Shown here one piece after another: positions 13,957 through 27,800 of a stretch of DNA of 64,000 nucleotides. This DNA is from Octopus sinensis (lineage: Eukaryota). The notes beneath the pieces are model-generated. The model did not search any database, was not told the origin of the DNA, and saw only the letters and a list, made by a program, of their open reading frames with translations. Every line of letters starts with the position of its first letter. Position 1 is the stretch's first letter. Made by a program: the position numbers and the translations under genes. The DNA lies in contig NC_043002.1 of the NCBI RefSeq assembly GCF_006345805.1, positions 52,824,001-52,888,000 on the forward strand, read 5' to 3'.

Positions 13957-14179
13957 CTTTTATTCTTTTATTTGTTTCAGTCATTTGACTGTGGTCATGC
14001 TGGAGCACCGCCTTTAGTTGAACAAATCGACTCCAGGAATTATTCTTTGTAAGCCTAGTGCTGATCCAATTGGTCTCTTTTGCCAAACCATTAGGTTACG
14101 GGGATGTAAACACACCAACATCGATCAAGAGATAGTTGGGGGAAAAACACAGACACACAAACATATACACACGTGCACG

Positions 14180-14235
<56 letters not shown>

Positions 14236-14399
14236 ACAGGCTTCATTCAGTTTCTGTCTACCAAATCCACTCACAAGGCTTTGGTTTGCCCAAGGCTATA
14301 TAGAAGAAGACACTTGCCCAAGGTACCACACAGTGGGACTGAACCAGGAACAATATGGTTGGTAAGGAAGCTACTTTCCACACAGCCACTCCTGCACCT
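13957..14399 (-). mobile_element. SINE family C (tRNA-like head AGGTGCAGGAGTGGCTGTGTGG, internal (TG)n/(TA)n, A-rich tail)
   Basis: Head with A-box and GGTTCAGTCCC B-box. Partial homologues at 17645-17812, 36305-36570 and 52100-52210. Confidence 0.88.
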
Positions 14400-14570
14400 A
14401 ATAAATTATAAGATTCTCCATCAACATTCTGTTAGGAAGTTCAAAGATTCATTGCCTGTGTAGTGATGGGAAATGACCAGAAAAGATAATATAAAAGGTT
14501 GATGTTGGTGAATTGGCAGAGTTGTCAGAGTGATGGATAGAATGCTTCAAACTATTTGTCTCTGCACTCT

Positions 14571-14795
14571 TATTTCTTTATTGCCCACAAGGGGCTAAAC
14601 ACAGAGAGGACAAACAAGGACAAAAGGATTAAGTTGATTACATCAACTTCAGTGTGTAAATAATACTTAATTTATCGAACCGAAAGGATGAAAAGTAAAG
14701 TCGACCTCGGCAGAATTTGAACTAAGAACGTAACAGAAGATGAAATACCGCTAAGCATTTTGCCTGGCATGCTAATGTTTTTGCCAGGTCACTGC
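14571..14795 (-). mobile_element. SINE family A variant (different 3' tail)
   Basis: Reverse complement has the family A head and core with tail CCCCTTGTGGGCAATAAAGAAATA. Confidence 0.85.
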
Positions 14796-15139
14796 TGGCA
14801 CTCTATCCAACCAAGGTCAATTTTGTTGTTCATCTTTTTCAGAGAGGATAAAAAGGTACCAATATAAGGTAGTGGATTATTAGGACTGAAAGAATGTCAG
14901 ATTGGATGTCTTGAGATATTAGCAATGATTCTTTGTGTTCCGAGTTCAAATTCTGCCATGACTTACTTGGTTGGTAAACTTAATTTATCATGTAGTTTAA
15001 CACCACCACCACCACAACTCTGTTGAAAACATTTGGGCCTGGTCACCAGTCTGATAACACCTTCCTTACTATCTCATTGTCTCCCACCAGTTTTGTAGCC
15101 CCTGTAAAAGTTCACAGTCACTACCTAACTTCCAAGCTG

Positions 15140-15705
15140 AAAAAAAGGAGGGAAAGACTGCTGCCCCATTTTTCTCCCAAATTTGTCTATCTAAAAAATT
15201 TTTTTTGCCAAAAACCCCTGTTTTTGGATATGGAGGTTCTGGAAAATTGCCAAAAATCGGCATTGTTAAGTTTCTGCCCTTCCCTCCAATTCTTCAATTT
15301 TGACTTTTTTCCCCAACACTAACCCTAATCCTCTAACCCTAGCCCTAAATCCCAAACCCCTAAGCGTAACTGCAGAAATGCTTTGAAATTTTTGACCGAA
15401 TCATAATGTCCATATTTTTCTGCATATTTAGAAAAAAAAATTCTTTAAAAAGAATTTTACAAAAATTTTTGGAAATCTTTTTCAGAATCATAATCTCCGT
15501 ATTTTTCTGCATATTTTGAAAAAAAAAATTCTAAAAAAAGTAAAAAAATGAAGGAAATTGGGGTGGGGATGGTAATTTAAAAATGCCGATTTTTGCCATT
15601 TTTTTTTGCAGATTCATATTCCCTGTGGGTTTGTGTCGAAAAAGAAAAAAAATTTTTTAAAGGGTGGTTTTTTGGGGGGAGGGGCAGGCTGAAGTCTTGC
15701 CAAAA
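15140..15705. mobile_element. MITE-like element with nested inverted motifs and a degenerate CCCTAA tract
   Basis: aaaatcggcatt (~15252) versus aatgccgattttt (~15582); aagactgctgcccc (~15154) versus ggggcaggctgaagtctt (~15681). Internal direct duplication gaatcataat...ttttctgcatattt at ~15398 and ~15485. aaccctaatcctctaaccctagccctaa at ~15320. Confidence 0.55.
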
Positions 15706-16164
15706 GGAGAAAGTATGTAAATATAAAAAGAGAATGGTATCTCAGTAATTATAAAATTTAGGTAGAAATGATGACTCTAAAAGGAAAGCAGTATCAACAA
15801 CTAAACAATTAGCTAATAAATGCTATTGAATGATTAATGAGTAGTTTACCCATTAATCACATTATGGAATACAGCATCATTCCACAAAGCCCTGCTTGTG
15901 AAATGTTATGTTGTTAGTCAATTGCTTCAGGTGTCGTCATCTGAAGTTTCAACAAATAGATACTGAAATAATGATTTCCTCAAAAATCTAGTTGTTACTG
16001 ACAGTACCACATAGGTACCAAGATTTAACCCTTTGACTGCTTCTGCACTACTTTTCCAGTATCTCTTGTAGGTATGGTTTTCATATTCTTCACTAAAAGT
16101 ATTTTATTCTCACTCTGTAAAAAGATATTTAGCCTTTTATTATTCAAAGCAACCATATGAGGCC

Positions 16165-16696
16165 GAAATATTCTTCCTTTTTTATGTTCAAACTGACCAG
16201 ATCTGGCCTCTCACACTCTTAAAATAGACAATCACATCATTGAAATCTTGAAACTAAGAAATAGTGTAAAGGTAAAGACCCTCTTTGGTTATGAAAGACC
16301 ATGGAATTGCACTCAGAAAGTCACCCTCCGAGACAAAAATCCAGGCAAGTTTGTGTATGGAAGACCAGTAGTTGCCCATGCATGCCAGCCTTCTCTCTCC
16401 ATGCCACTGATGTTATCCAAGGGAAAGGCAAAGACCAATACAGCTTGGCACCAGTGACATCACAACTCATTTCTACAGCTGAGGGAACTGGAGCAACATG
16501 AAATAAAGTGCCTTGCTCAAGAGCACAACACACAGCCTAGTCTGGGAAATGAACTCACTGCCTCATGATTGTGAGTCCAACACTTTAACCAATGAGCCAT
16601 GCACTTTCATGAAGCTAAGAGATAATGCATGATTAACTGAAAACAATATGAATAAATGAGCATTACAGTTGATAGAGTAATCTGAATGCTAAAAGG
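16165..16696 (+). mobile_element. TTAA/CCC (piggyBac-like) MITE fragment with nested SINE family D
   Basis: Flanks match 38721-39375. The nested SINE is bounded by a diverged duplication gaaactaagaaatagt / gaagctaagagataat. Confidence 0.6.
16267..16605 (-). mobile_element. SINE family D (tRNA-like head, CCTTTCCCTTGGATAACATC core, CTTTAC tail)
   Basis: Homologous to 36571-36830 (-) and 50818-51163 (+); explains the similar ORFs containing LPFPWITSVAW. Confidence 0.88.
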
Positions 16697-16747
16697 CAAA
16701 CAAAATATGTAAAACAAAATTAAGAAAGTCTGAAGTGTCATTGGGGT

Positions 16748-17078
16748 TATAATAATGAAATTATTGTATACAGTGCTCAGGTGCACCACAACTTGTCACA
16801 GTATATGCAGTAATGTACAAATGTCTGGAAAGCGAACAATGTATGAGTCAGATACATGCTTGTGTGTGTATGGAGGGGAGAAAATCAGGTGTAGTGTTGG
16901 CGAATCTCAGAAAGCATAGAAGTTTTGAAGGATGCAGTGCTCCGAAAACTAACAACTGATGCCGGGAGTTTGTTCCATGCTTCAGCAACTCTCAGCGTGA
17001 AAAAATGTTTCCTGAAGTCATGGGAGCTGTGCTGTTTTCTGACTTTGTAAATATGTCCACGGGTGTTAGATGGGTGGG
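16748..17078 (-). mobile_element. CR1-type LINE 3' end (ORF2 C-terminus plus 3'UTR)
   Basis: ORF 16885-17088: NTRGHIYKVRKQHSSHDFRKHFFTLRVAEAWNKLPASVVSFRSTASFK carries the TRGH..K / FF..RV...WN.LP / FK motifs of CR1 ORF2. Confidence 0.9.
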
Positions 17079-17432
17079 TTGTCTTCACTTCTTGTAGTAT
17101 AAGGAGAATTTTCTTTTTTCAAAGCTATATGGTAAAAGTGCTTTCCACAGTTAATGGTAAGAAAAATTTTGTTCTACTCAGAAACACTGCAAGAAATTTC
17201 TAGTTGAATTGAACAAGTGACCTAAGAATGAGCTATCCAATAATGTGAACCATTCTGCAACACAAAGTCCACAGCAAGCTGCAGCACACTGTTAAGCAAT
17301 GCCCCTACACACACATATATATATATACATATACACATATATCGTCCAACCAATGCCAGCATGGAAAACGGACGTTAAATGATGTCAAGTGGTGATTGGG
17401 GGACAAACCCGGACACAAAAACCACACACATA

Positions 17433-17642
17433 CAGGGTGTCCCAGAAGTTGTGCACTACCCTAGTTTTTTAAAAGAATAAACCCTTATTCATTTCAAAAA
17501 CACTTTATTGAAATTAATTGTAACAAATGCTCAAATTGAGCACCCACTACAATAAAACATGCTGAAAAAAATGTAATAAAATAAAATGCTTTAATTATTT
17601 TAAATGAAAACCAGAATGGTGCGCGACTTCTGGGACACCCTG
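17433..17642. mobile_element. Tc1/mariner-type MITE, 210 bp, nested in a SINE family C remnant
   Basis: TA|CAGGGTGTCCCAGAAGT ... ACTTCTGGGACACCCTG|TA: perfect 17-bp TIRs with TA duplication. Confidence 0.93.
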
Positions 17643-17841
17643 TATATATATGATGGGCTTCTTTCAGTTTCTGTCTACTAAATCCACTCACAAGGCTTTG
17701 ATCAGCCTGGTGCTATAGTAGAAGACACTTGCCCAAGTGTCATGTAGTGGGACTGAACCTGAAACCATGTGGTTGGGAAGCAAGCTTCTTACGACACATC
17801 CATGCCTATACCTAAACAAAAATAGCAGACCAGCTATTGGA

Positions 17842-17908
17842 TGCTGAAACTCGGGATTGAACCAGGGACATTTAGATTTTCAATCTAACACTCTCCCAGC
17901 TGAGCTAT
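17842..17908 (-). pseudogene. tRNA-Phe(GAA) pseudogene
   Basis: Minus strand atagctcagctgggagagtgttagattGAAaatctaaatgtccctggttcaatcccgagtttcagca aligns to metazoan cytosolic tRNA-Phe. The 5' acceptor strand GCCGA is lost and several CpGs have decayed. Confidence 0.88.
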
Positions 17909-18097
17909 ATGTATTTTACATATTTCCCTTAGGCATAGAGTACTAATAATCTGTCATTAGAACTCAATATACAGATGCTTCAAGAAAAAGCATTAGTAGA
18001 ATACAGAGCATAATAAGAGATTAAATAAATAACAAGGGAATAAAAAACTGTATGTATGTGCGAGTGTGAGTACGTATGTACATGTATATATATCTCT

Positions 18098-18408
18098 ATT
18101 TTTTAGTTATAAATCTTTCACTGAGGAGGGAGCTGGTTTCCAACAAAGATACAATGCTCCATTAACACAAACAAATTCACATTTGGTACTTGAGAAAAGT
18201 CTTGCATATTTTTACTGTTCCACTCACAAATTGCACTCATAATGTACAAATTAGCTGGTCAATTTCTCTTCCTGAAATTCCCAGTTTATCCAGATTCTCC
18301 TTTAAGCATTTACTTACAAAATCTAGTACTCCAGTTATTATTGGTATGAATATGAATGCATAGTCTGGATAGAGAAGCTGGATGTTTCCAAGCAGTTGTC
18401 CATAGACA
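18098..18408 (-). mobile_element. R4/Dong-like LINE 3' fragment
   Basis: VYGQLLGNIQLLYPDYAFIFIPIITGVLDFVSKCLKENLDKLG; homologous to 60770-61090. Confidence 0.82.
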
Positions 18409-19224
18409 TGTATGTATGTGTGTAAGCATGCATGCATATGTATGTATGTATGCATGTATGTATGTGTGCATGCATGTGTGTATGTATATGTGTGCGTATG
18501 TGTGTGTTTGTTTACATATCTGTTCCCCATCACCAAATCACTCAGCTATGGGTAGTAGTGATATTGATGTGATTTTTTCCTTGTTAAGAAATCATCAACA
18601 TTCAAAAAGGTGTGGAATAAGACAGATCTTGAAAAACAGGCAAGGATTAGCAACAAAAGAGGCATCCAGCGGTAACACAATGAATGCTTCAACAATATAT
18701 TTGTTCAACCAATGCTAGCTTAGAGAAAACTACCTCAGCTTCAAAGTGTCAAATAAATCTATAAACTTTTTTATGTATATAGAATGCTTTTTCTTCTCTC
18801 ATTTGTACAACTACAAACAATGGCAAAAAGTAAAATGAAAATAAAAATAAATAAATAAACATATTTTCCTGTTAGATATTTAATTAATAACAATCCCAAT
18901 TAATGTTTAAAAACAAATTAAAATAAATAAAAAAAAAAAAATGAGAATGCATCAAGCCAAAATCCCAATAATAGAAGTTGAGTTATTGGCTATTTATAAT
19001 TTGTTGACAGCAGTGAAAACAATTGTTGATCCAAAGTAGTTAAGAAATACAGAAAAGAAATGTGGAAATTAAATGAAAAAAAGAATGGAGAGAGGGAGAG
19101 GGACAGAAAAAGAGAGGAGAAAAAAAACAACAAAAGATCTTTTCAATTAAATATCAATAAGTTTAATATCAAATTTGTTTGCAGAAATATGTAAGAGAAA
19201 ATCCTAAATTAAAAAAAAAAAACA

Positions 19225-19368
19225 ATATATATATATATATAGTCTATTAAAATAAGTCATATAACATAATTTATTTTATTTATATATATATATTATATAT
19301 ATATGTATATATATATATTATGTATATATTATATATATATATGTATGTATATATATATATATATGTAT

Positions 19369-19402
<34 letters not shown>

Positions 19403-19590
19403 AAATATATCTACATATTATATCATACAGTACGTAAATATAATACACACATATATATGTATATTTATGTATATATATGAATATTTATGTATGTATGTAT
19501 ATATATATATATATGTATGTATATATGTAAATATATATATATATATATATATATAAGTATATATGTAAATATATATATATATACATATGA
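19225..19590. repeat. (TA)n/(TATG)n low-complexity tract
   Basis: Seen directly. Confidence 0.93.
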
Positions 19591-19875
19591 GTTAGAAATT
19601 CTTCCTAAAAAAAATTAAAATGAAATTTAAACTAAACCGTAGAAGACAATTTTTGTTCAAACATAACTAAAACAAATATATAAATAAATATAAGTGTTTC
19701 GCATTGGAAACAAAAAAAAAAAAATTAAAATAACAATAAATAATAATGATAAATATAGAAAAGTTAGTATGTTTTTTTTTTATACCAATTCTCAAACTGA
19801 CACACCTTGATAATTTAAAGAAGAGGATCGGGGGAAAAAATAAACCGTTGTGAAAACATATTTCCAAATAAATAA

Positions 19876-19910
<35 letters not shown>

Positions 19911-20219
19911 AACGTGAGAATAGAAGGATAAAAAGATCCAGGGTAAGGAGAGGGAAACCCTCATATTATTAATATATTTTTTGTTTGTTTAACACTGGAG
20001 TAAATACATAAGAAGCAAACAATATAAAAATCGTTTGACAAGAGATGGGTTGTTTGATGGATATGACATTGAGGTACATTTTTTGTTTTTGTTTTGATTT
20101 CTTTTTTCTTTTTGTTTTTTTCCCCATATTTCCAAAGATTAAATTAAGTTCTTCTTTGTAGACCACTCACTACAGATTTCTAATATATATATATTCCGGA
20201 CAAAAATATCCAGGTGAAG

Positions 20220-20459
20220 ATATATATATATATATATATACATATATATTTATAACATATATATATGCACATATATTTACACATAATATATGTACACACA
20301 TATATATATATATAGGCATATATACATATATACTTATATATATACATATGTGTATATATGTATACATATATATAAACATATATATGTATATATATATATA
20401 TGTATACATATATATAAACATATATATGTATATATATATATGTACACACATATATATAA

Positions 20460-20497
<38 letters not shown>

Positions 20498-20536
20498 ACA
20501 CATATACATACATATACATATATAAATATATATATA
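20220..20536. repeat. (TA)n-rich compound microsatellite
   Basis: Seen directly. Confidence 0.95.
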
Positions 20537-20954
20537 CGAAGTTGAGACTTCACTGCTGCTACTCCAAGTTTCCCCATTTCTTTTCTTCACATATCTTTGT
20601 CATTTATATGAAAGTTAGTTTTTAAATAATTTTTTTTTTTTCCTTTTACATGTGTTTCTATATTCTTGAATAAAATCCTTTTTTTAAAAAAAAAAAGGAT
20701 TAACGAATGAAAGATATTTGTTAATAAATAAAACATAAAAGGGATTAATTAATAGATTAGTAAGTTACAAAAAAAAATTTTTTTAAAGTAAAAACCCATG
20801 AGAAATATAAAGCTTACAAAAGAATACACACACACACGCACACGCACACAGAAAACAGAATTATGGAAGTGTGAAAAATGAAAGGTGAATGAAAGCAACA
20901 ATGAAATTTCAAAGAAAATCTAGAGAATTAGAAAAAAAAAAAATAATTGTTTTA

Positions 20955-21832
20955 AATTTTGGTACATGGCTAGCAATTTTAGGGGATGTGGGCAGTGCCA
21001 TCTTCAGGCATGAGCTCACTAAAAAGTTGCCCAGGTGTCTTGCAGGTTTAGGGGCTTTAATTCTGATCAATGTGTGTTGTGGGTTGTTGTCAATAAATTA
21101 CTATAGGGTCCATTGCATTGATTTTTCCCAGGGGCCAATAATACTGCGAAGACGACCCTGGAGCTGGGGTTTAGCCAATTACACCAAAACTCTAGTGTTG
21201 GACCGGTGCTTTAATTCATTACCCCAGAAGGTTCAAAGTCAAAGTTGACTTTGACAGTATTTGAGCTCAGACTGTAAAGAGCTTGAAATAATGCTGTGAA
21301 GCATTCTGTTTAATGCTCTAACAATTCTGCCCACTTGCTGCCTTAATAGTAATAAGAAGAACAGAAGTAATAACAATAATTCTTTAATATTTTGGCACAA
21401 GGTTAGTAATTTTAGGGAATGGGGCAAATTGATTACATCAACCTTAGTGCTCAACTGGTATTTAATTTATCAACCTCGAAGGGATGAAAGGCAGAGATGA
21501 CTTCAGCAGCATTTGAACTTGGAACATAAAGAGCCAGTGAAAACACCACTAAGCAATTTGTCTGCCACAATAATAATTCTGCCAGCTCACTGCCTTAATA
21601 ATAAAAATCTTTTCTAATATAGGCACAAGGCCTGAAATTTTGTGGAGGGGGCTAGTTGATTACATCTACCCCAGTAATCAACTGGTACTTACTTTATCAA
21701 CCTTGAAGAGACCCTGAAAGGTTGAAAGGCAAAGTTGACCTCGGTGGAATTTGAACTCAGAACGTAAAGCTAGAAGAAATACTTCTGAATATTTTGTCTG
21801 ATGCATTAACAATTCTGCCAGTTTACTGCCTT
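20955..21832 (-). mobile_element. three tandem SINE family A copies; the first is interrupted by a small hAT-like MITE (~21031-21160)
   Basis: Reverse-complement family A motifs at ~21190-21345, 21385-21596 and 21610-21832. Insert ends ccaggtgtctt ... aagacgaccctg. Confidence 0.85.
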
Positions 21833-24800
21833 AATAGTAATAAAATAATGTAAATAATCAAAAAAGATATTAACAAAGAATGCAATAAAATAAAAACAAT
21901 AACTGAATAAATTCAATAAAATTTGAATACCAAAAGGAAAATTAATTTGAGATCATTTGAGGTTTTTTAATTATACAACAGAGTAGATAAATAAGGTATA
22001 AATTTCTTTAAGAAACACTGAAATGGAAAATTCAAGACTGATATAAACTAAACTTTTGATCATATTCTATGTCATTTAATTTTTCCTTTGTTCTTTACAC
22101 TAAGTTAAGAAATTTCTCAATTTCATCCAACTAATATTTTGGTATGGGATTTAAGGAATGGAAGTGTGAGTGAACAAAGTTTTTGGGAGGGCATTAATTA
22201 TATATTTGTTCCTTCTGGATTAACCTGGAGTAGAGCGTTCAGCTTTTTCATCAGCAGCAAATGTTGAGAAACCACAATTGGTTGTCAATAGTAGGATAGA
22301 AGACAGCTATAGAAAACTGTGTGTACTTTAACAGCTGGCGTTTTGACAGAGTAATCTCCACCATGCCAAATCACAGCCTACTGGAAAATTCCAGGGTATA
22401 CACTTTGTGTGTGGGATCAATAAGATTTATATATATATATATATGTGCATGTATTATTCATATATATATATATGTGCATGTATTATTCATATATATATAT
22501 ATATATATGTAATATGTTTGTTACTCACTACTCAAAAGTAGAGCTGTTACATGGTCAGGATTTGGCGGTATGCACAGTGAACAAGGCACAGGCCACAGGC
22601 GCCTCAACCAAAGCTGTTCTGTTCACTACTCTGTTTCTGACATTGTAAAAGATTACAGATTACATAAGGAATTTTTAAAACTGCACTCATGTACGCCAAA
22701 ACAAAGCAAACTGTGTTTGTATAAAATATCATATGTGGTTATATATTTAAGTTTTTGTTTGTCAACATTTTGTTTATGTCAACATTTTTCTTCCCATGTG
22801 CAAAAAAATAGAGAACGTTACTTCTAGAAAATAATTTTATTTATTACCTCCCTTACACAACTTTTCCTTTAACCAAATGAGAGTTGCCTCCCATGCTTGG
22901 ATTTCGTCATTCCGAGTTTAATGGCATGCTACTAAGCATTCACGTCTTTGCCCGCTGTTTTTGTATTGCTTATAAACTACTGCAGTACAGTAAGAAGGAC
23001 AAATGTTCAAAACTGAATTTAAAAGCACATAAAAACAAAGGATTATCCGATACAATGCGATTATAAAACAATAGCCACTGATTTTTATTTGCTATTTGAT
23101 TAAATGTAGTCGTTCGTCTTCAAATTTCAACAAGAGTCCCTCACACTCACGTACTGTATATATCACTGGTCAAAAATGAAGAACTATCTACCCATACATC
23201 GACGCACACACATATAAGTGAGTGTATGTATATATATATATATATATATATAGTCATATATATGCTAACGAAGTTAATAACCATGAAGACAAAAACTTAA
23301 TCCAATAAAGAACAAAGCAATGTTTTGTTTGTTTTTTTACTTTTTCCATTTTTAATATTTTAACACAAAGATTATATAAATTTGGGGGTCAAATGGAAGC
23401 AGAGAGGAATGAGTAGTACAGGTATTATTATTATTATTGTTACAATTATTCAATACAATATCACAAAAACAAAAACAAAAAAAAAACAGAAATATCACTC
23501 GAGTAATAATAATAGTAGTAGTGGTAGTAGTAGTGGTAGTAGTAGTAGTAGTAGTTAGTTGTAGTAGTAATATCATAGTTGAAACCATGCATTTTAGACA
23601 AACACATGCATGCACTTATAACATCATACAGTGATGGATGAAAAGACATCATCTGCTTCTGGGTTTTCGTTTCCTGTGTGCGTTCATAGCTGTTTCAGGC
23701 AGTACTGACAGTCCATCAGATTCCCATAGACACACAAACACATACGCATATACATTCTCTCTTACACACACACACACACATCTGCGCTGATGATAACACT
23801 CTCTTTGAATTATTATTTTTTTTTTTTTTTTACAGTTCTTTACTTTTGGCTTGGTTTTATTTATCATTTTTTTTCTTTGTGTTGTTTTCTTTCTTTGTTT
23901 CTTCACATTTATTAATGATATTATTATTATTTTTTTTTTTTTAAATACAGATATACATATATAGATTGATGAAAGTCTTTTGTAAATAGAATCCTCTGTA
24001 GTTAATTATGTTTTCATTTTAAAAAATGTATTAAGGATCTTTTTGAAAAAAATAAAAGAAGTTGAAAAAACAATATGAGGATGTAATTATGTAAGACTAA
24101 ATAATAATAATTAGCTGAAATACAAGATATATATATATATATGTCCTAGCTCAATTGTGGAAAAAGATATAGATATTAAAATTATAGAAAGGAAAAGTTT
24201 TTGAACATGATGTCAAATATTGATTTCTATTTTAAGGCTCATAGCCATTTCTTTATTTCTCTTTGTAAAAGAAGGTTTAAAATTAAACAAACTGAATCAA
24301 TTCCCAATATATAACTGGGATTCATATAAACAGCCTGCCTAAACATACACATGCCCCGTGGAGATGATAAATAAAAATTGGCACAAGCAGGATGTGAACT
24401 CAGAGCATAAAGATATGAAACTAAATATTGTAATGAATTTTCTTTTAAATCAGGCACTCTACCACCTCAGCTACCTTCACTGCATAAATATAAACCCAGC
24501 ATAACAGTTCACTAAATTTAGAATAGGAGAGAAAGAGAGAGAGAGAAATTAAAATTTTTACCAATTTAAAGACGAATTGTTTTATGACTTCTAAAATTTG
24601 CATTTGACTAAATTAATTCTATTACTTACTGCAATACATTTTACCAATATTTTCTCCACCCATCCAATCATGATATAAGTACTCAATAGTTTCACCTAGA
24701 CACCACAGAGATAGAAAATTAAACCCTAGCATTACCAGGATGACTATGCTGACATGACAGTTTCAATTTGGGTTAATTCAACAGAATCTAGTCAAAACCA

Positions 24801-27800
24801 GATTTGTTATATATCTTATTATTATTATTATTAAACCTATGAAACTCATAAAGCATAATTTCAGATATTTAATATTAACTACTCTTGACTAGACACCAAC
24901 AAAATCTCAGCTTTAAAAAAGGACAGGAAATTGGATACTGTTAACATTCATAATTTCCTCAAAGGTAATAGCAACATAAACCAATGGAAATGGCTTCAGC
25001 TAGAAATCATAAGACATCACAGACCTGTTTCACAGAGAGTTCACCTCCAATTGTAACAATACCAAATGCTGACAGCAATAAAAATCAAAACAAAATATGT
25101 CCCAGGGAAATCTGAATGAAAAGATCCTTTTTATCTTTATGAAGATTCTCAAAAGCAAAGACATTAACTTTGCACAATAACGAGGATGTGTGTATGTATA
25201 TATATATATATATAACACTTTTACTCACCAACATTTGTGACCATTTATCTAACAGCAACAGATTTTTTTAACAATATGCAAAAGGCAGCAGAACCTCCTC
25301 TAGAATGCAGCCAAACCTTTAAAATGATTAAAATTGAAATCTTCAAACACTACCATATCCATACAACAAATATGGAAAAAAGATTATCATAACCAACCAA
25401 TATATGCAAATTTGAGATGCAGAACCTCAGAGTTAGTTCTAAATGTTTAAACACGAAAGAACAATAATAGCATTCTTCAATCACATTTGACTAGGGCTAC
25501 TTAGGAACAATCACAACAACAACAGTAATAATACAGTTGTCATCAAATCACAAATTATTTCACAGTTAAAATTCAAGACTTATATTTCACTATGTTGAGC
25601 CAAGTGCACATGTGTGAGTAGGTAAGTATGTGCATGTGTGTATGTATATGTGTTTGTATATATATATATATATATAGATAGATAGATAGATAGATAGATA
25701 AAGTAACTCATTGGAGGTTTCGCATTCAATTATATTGTTTTTCTACTTTATTTCCTGAACCTACCACTTAATAAAATTCAAAGAAAACCAATGAAAAATG
25801 TATGCATGTGTATTTCAGCATTTGAGATGATATTTATATGTAGGTGTAATGGAGTGTTTGACACTTCAGTGAGAGATAGAGAAGGACTCAACATTTAACA
25901 ATAGTATGTAAATCAGTAAATGTAAAATTAATTCACATGCACACCTATATATCATATGAGTGTATGTGTGTGTGCATGCAAAGGTTTGATATATGTGTGT
26001 GTATGTATGTGTGTGTGTATGTATATACGCTGGTCACTTATATATAAATCTAATTGCATGATGGTGCATGTGATTGTCAAAGCCTAATATCTAATTAAAA
26101 TTAATAAGACCATCTCATACAATAATGCCTCAGGGCTTTCCCCATAAGGAAACAATGCTCAAGCTTTGATCCAGATATCCTTTAACATAAACTAGATGTT
26201 TGAATATCATTTTTCCTTCTGAAATTATATCACATATTAATTGATGCTCCAGTGAATTAAGTATATGATGAATTCAATCAACAATCTCTTTACAGAAACT
26301 TGAACGCATACACACACACACATAAATACATATGTAAACACCCATTAACACAATAAAACAAAATGTTTTGTAGTTAAAGAGTGAATATAAAAAAAGAATA
26401 TCACAGACAACTGTGAGATAAACCCTTATCCATTGAATATTTTTATTCAGATTTTTTTCCCCATGACAAAAAAATTTCCAAAGAAAATGTTAACATTTCA
26501 AATTAAAACCAATACCATTGTCAATTTTATAACATGCCGATTGGCAGTAACAAAGATACCAATAAGTATATCTACAGACTGAAAGATGCTTTACCAAAAA
26601 TAACCTAGAGAAAACTCAAGGCAGCAGTAACAAATTCTCAAAGTAACAAGAGTAAACTCGGAAAATAACAAAACATCAACTGAGCTGATGCAAAAGAATA
26701 GCATTAACCACCATCATAATCATTCCGGAAATAAGTCATGTCCGTAAAAATACCAAAGTAATATATATATATATATGTTCACACATACACATGCATGTAT
26801 AATATATACATATATATATATACACACACATATGTATATACATACACACACACACACCACACACACACAGAGGCATACATAGATACATGCCTGGTAAAGA
26901 TAGAACTGAACTTTTAATCTTTTTCAAAACATTCCCACTTTCTACAAGATTCTAGTTTCACATTTCATGATTACAAAATCCCTTTGAAACTTGATTTCAG
27001 AAATATCCAGACAGAACTATCCTTGGAAATGAATTCGAACTGAGATTGATTTACTGAGACTGTGACCCCCATGAAATTTAGATTAACGCTAGTTACATAA
27101 TTCAAAAAGGAATGCCACTTAAACTTTTTCTCCTCCTCCTCCTCCTCACTTGAGTGAACGATTCTTCTTTAGTCGTCTATCTATTGACTAAAGGTAATAT
27201 TTGGACTACCTTTTAGTGGTTTACATATAGCAAACTAAGGGAGTTCATAATTTATATATTTTTGAAATTTTTTTCTTCTTAAATAGGCAAATATATTGTG
27301 ATATCCAGTGCAGAGTTATTGACTGTAGATCAAAGTGTTTTGAAATTACAAAATTAAAGATGCATACTACAAACATATAACCATTTTCACATGCTTAATT
27401 AATTTTTTTTTTAAACTACAAAAAAGGTTTCCCGTTCTTTATAACATTGGAAATAACCAAATGGACTATAATATATATATGTATATACATGTGTGTATGT
27501 GTATGTAAGTGTGTGTGTGTGTGCCAAAATTATTCTTAAAATGTAACAGAATAAGTAACAAAGTTAAATACAGTTGAATCAATGCTCCTTTGGTGCATTG
27601 TAAAAGCACTCGTGAATGTTGTGTGTCCAATACGAACAATTAGAAAAAAAATGGCATTTGAAAATAATTTATTTAATTTTATGGGAGACACATAGCTACT
27701 GAATGTATGTGAGTTGACAGCTTACATCACGTTAACACATTATTTTGTTCCAAAAACAAATCATTTCAATTTTTTAAAAAAGAAGTAACAAAAAAAAATC

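Noticed and set aside
15318-15365. CCCTAA-like repeats suggesting a telomere remnant
   Set aside because: Only a few degenerate units, embedded in a MITE-like element.
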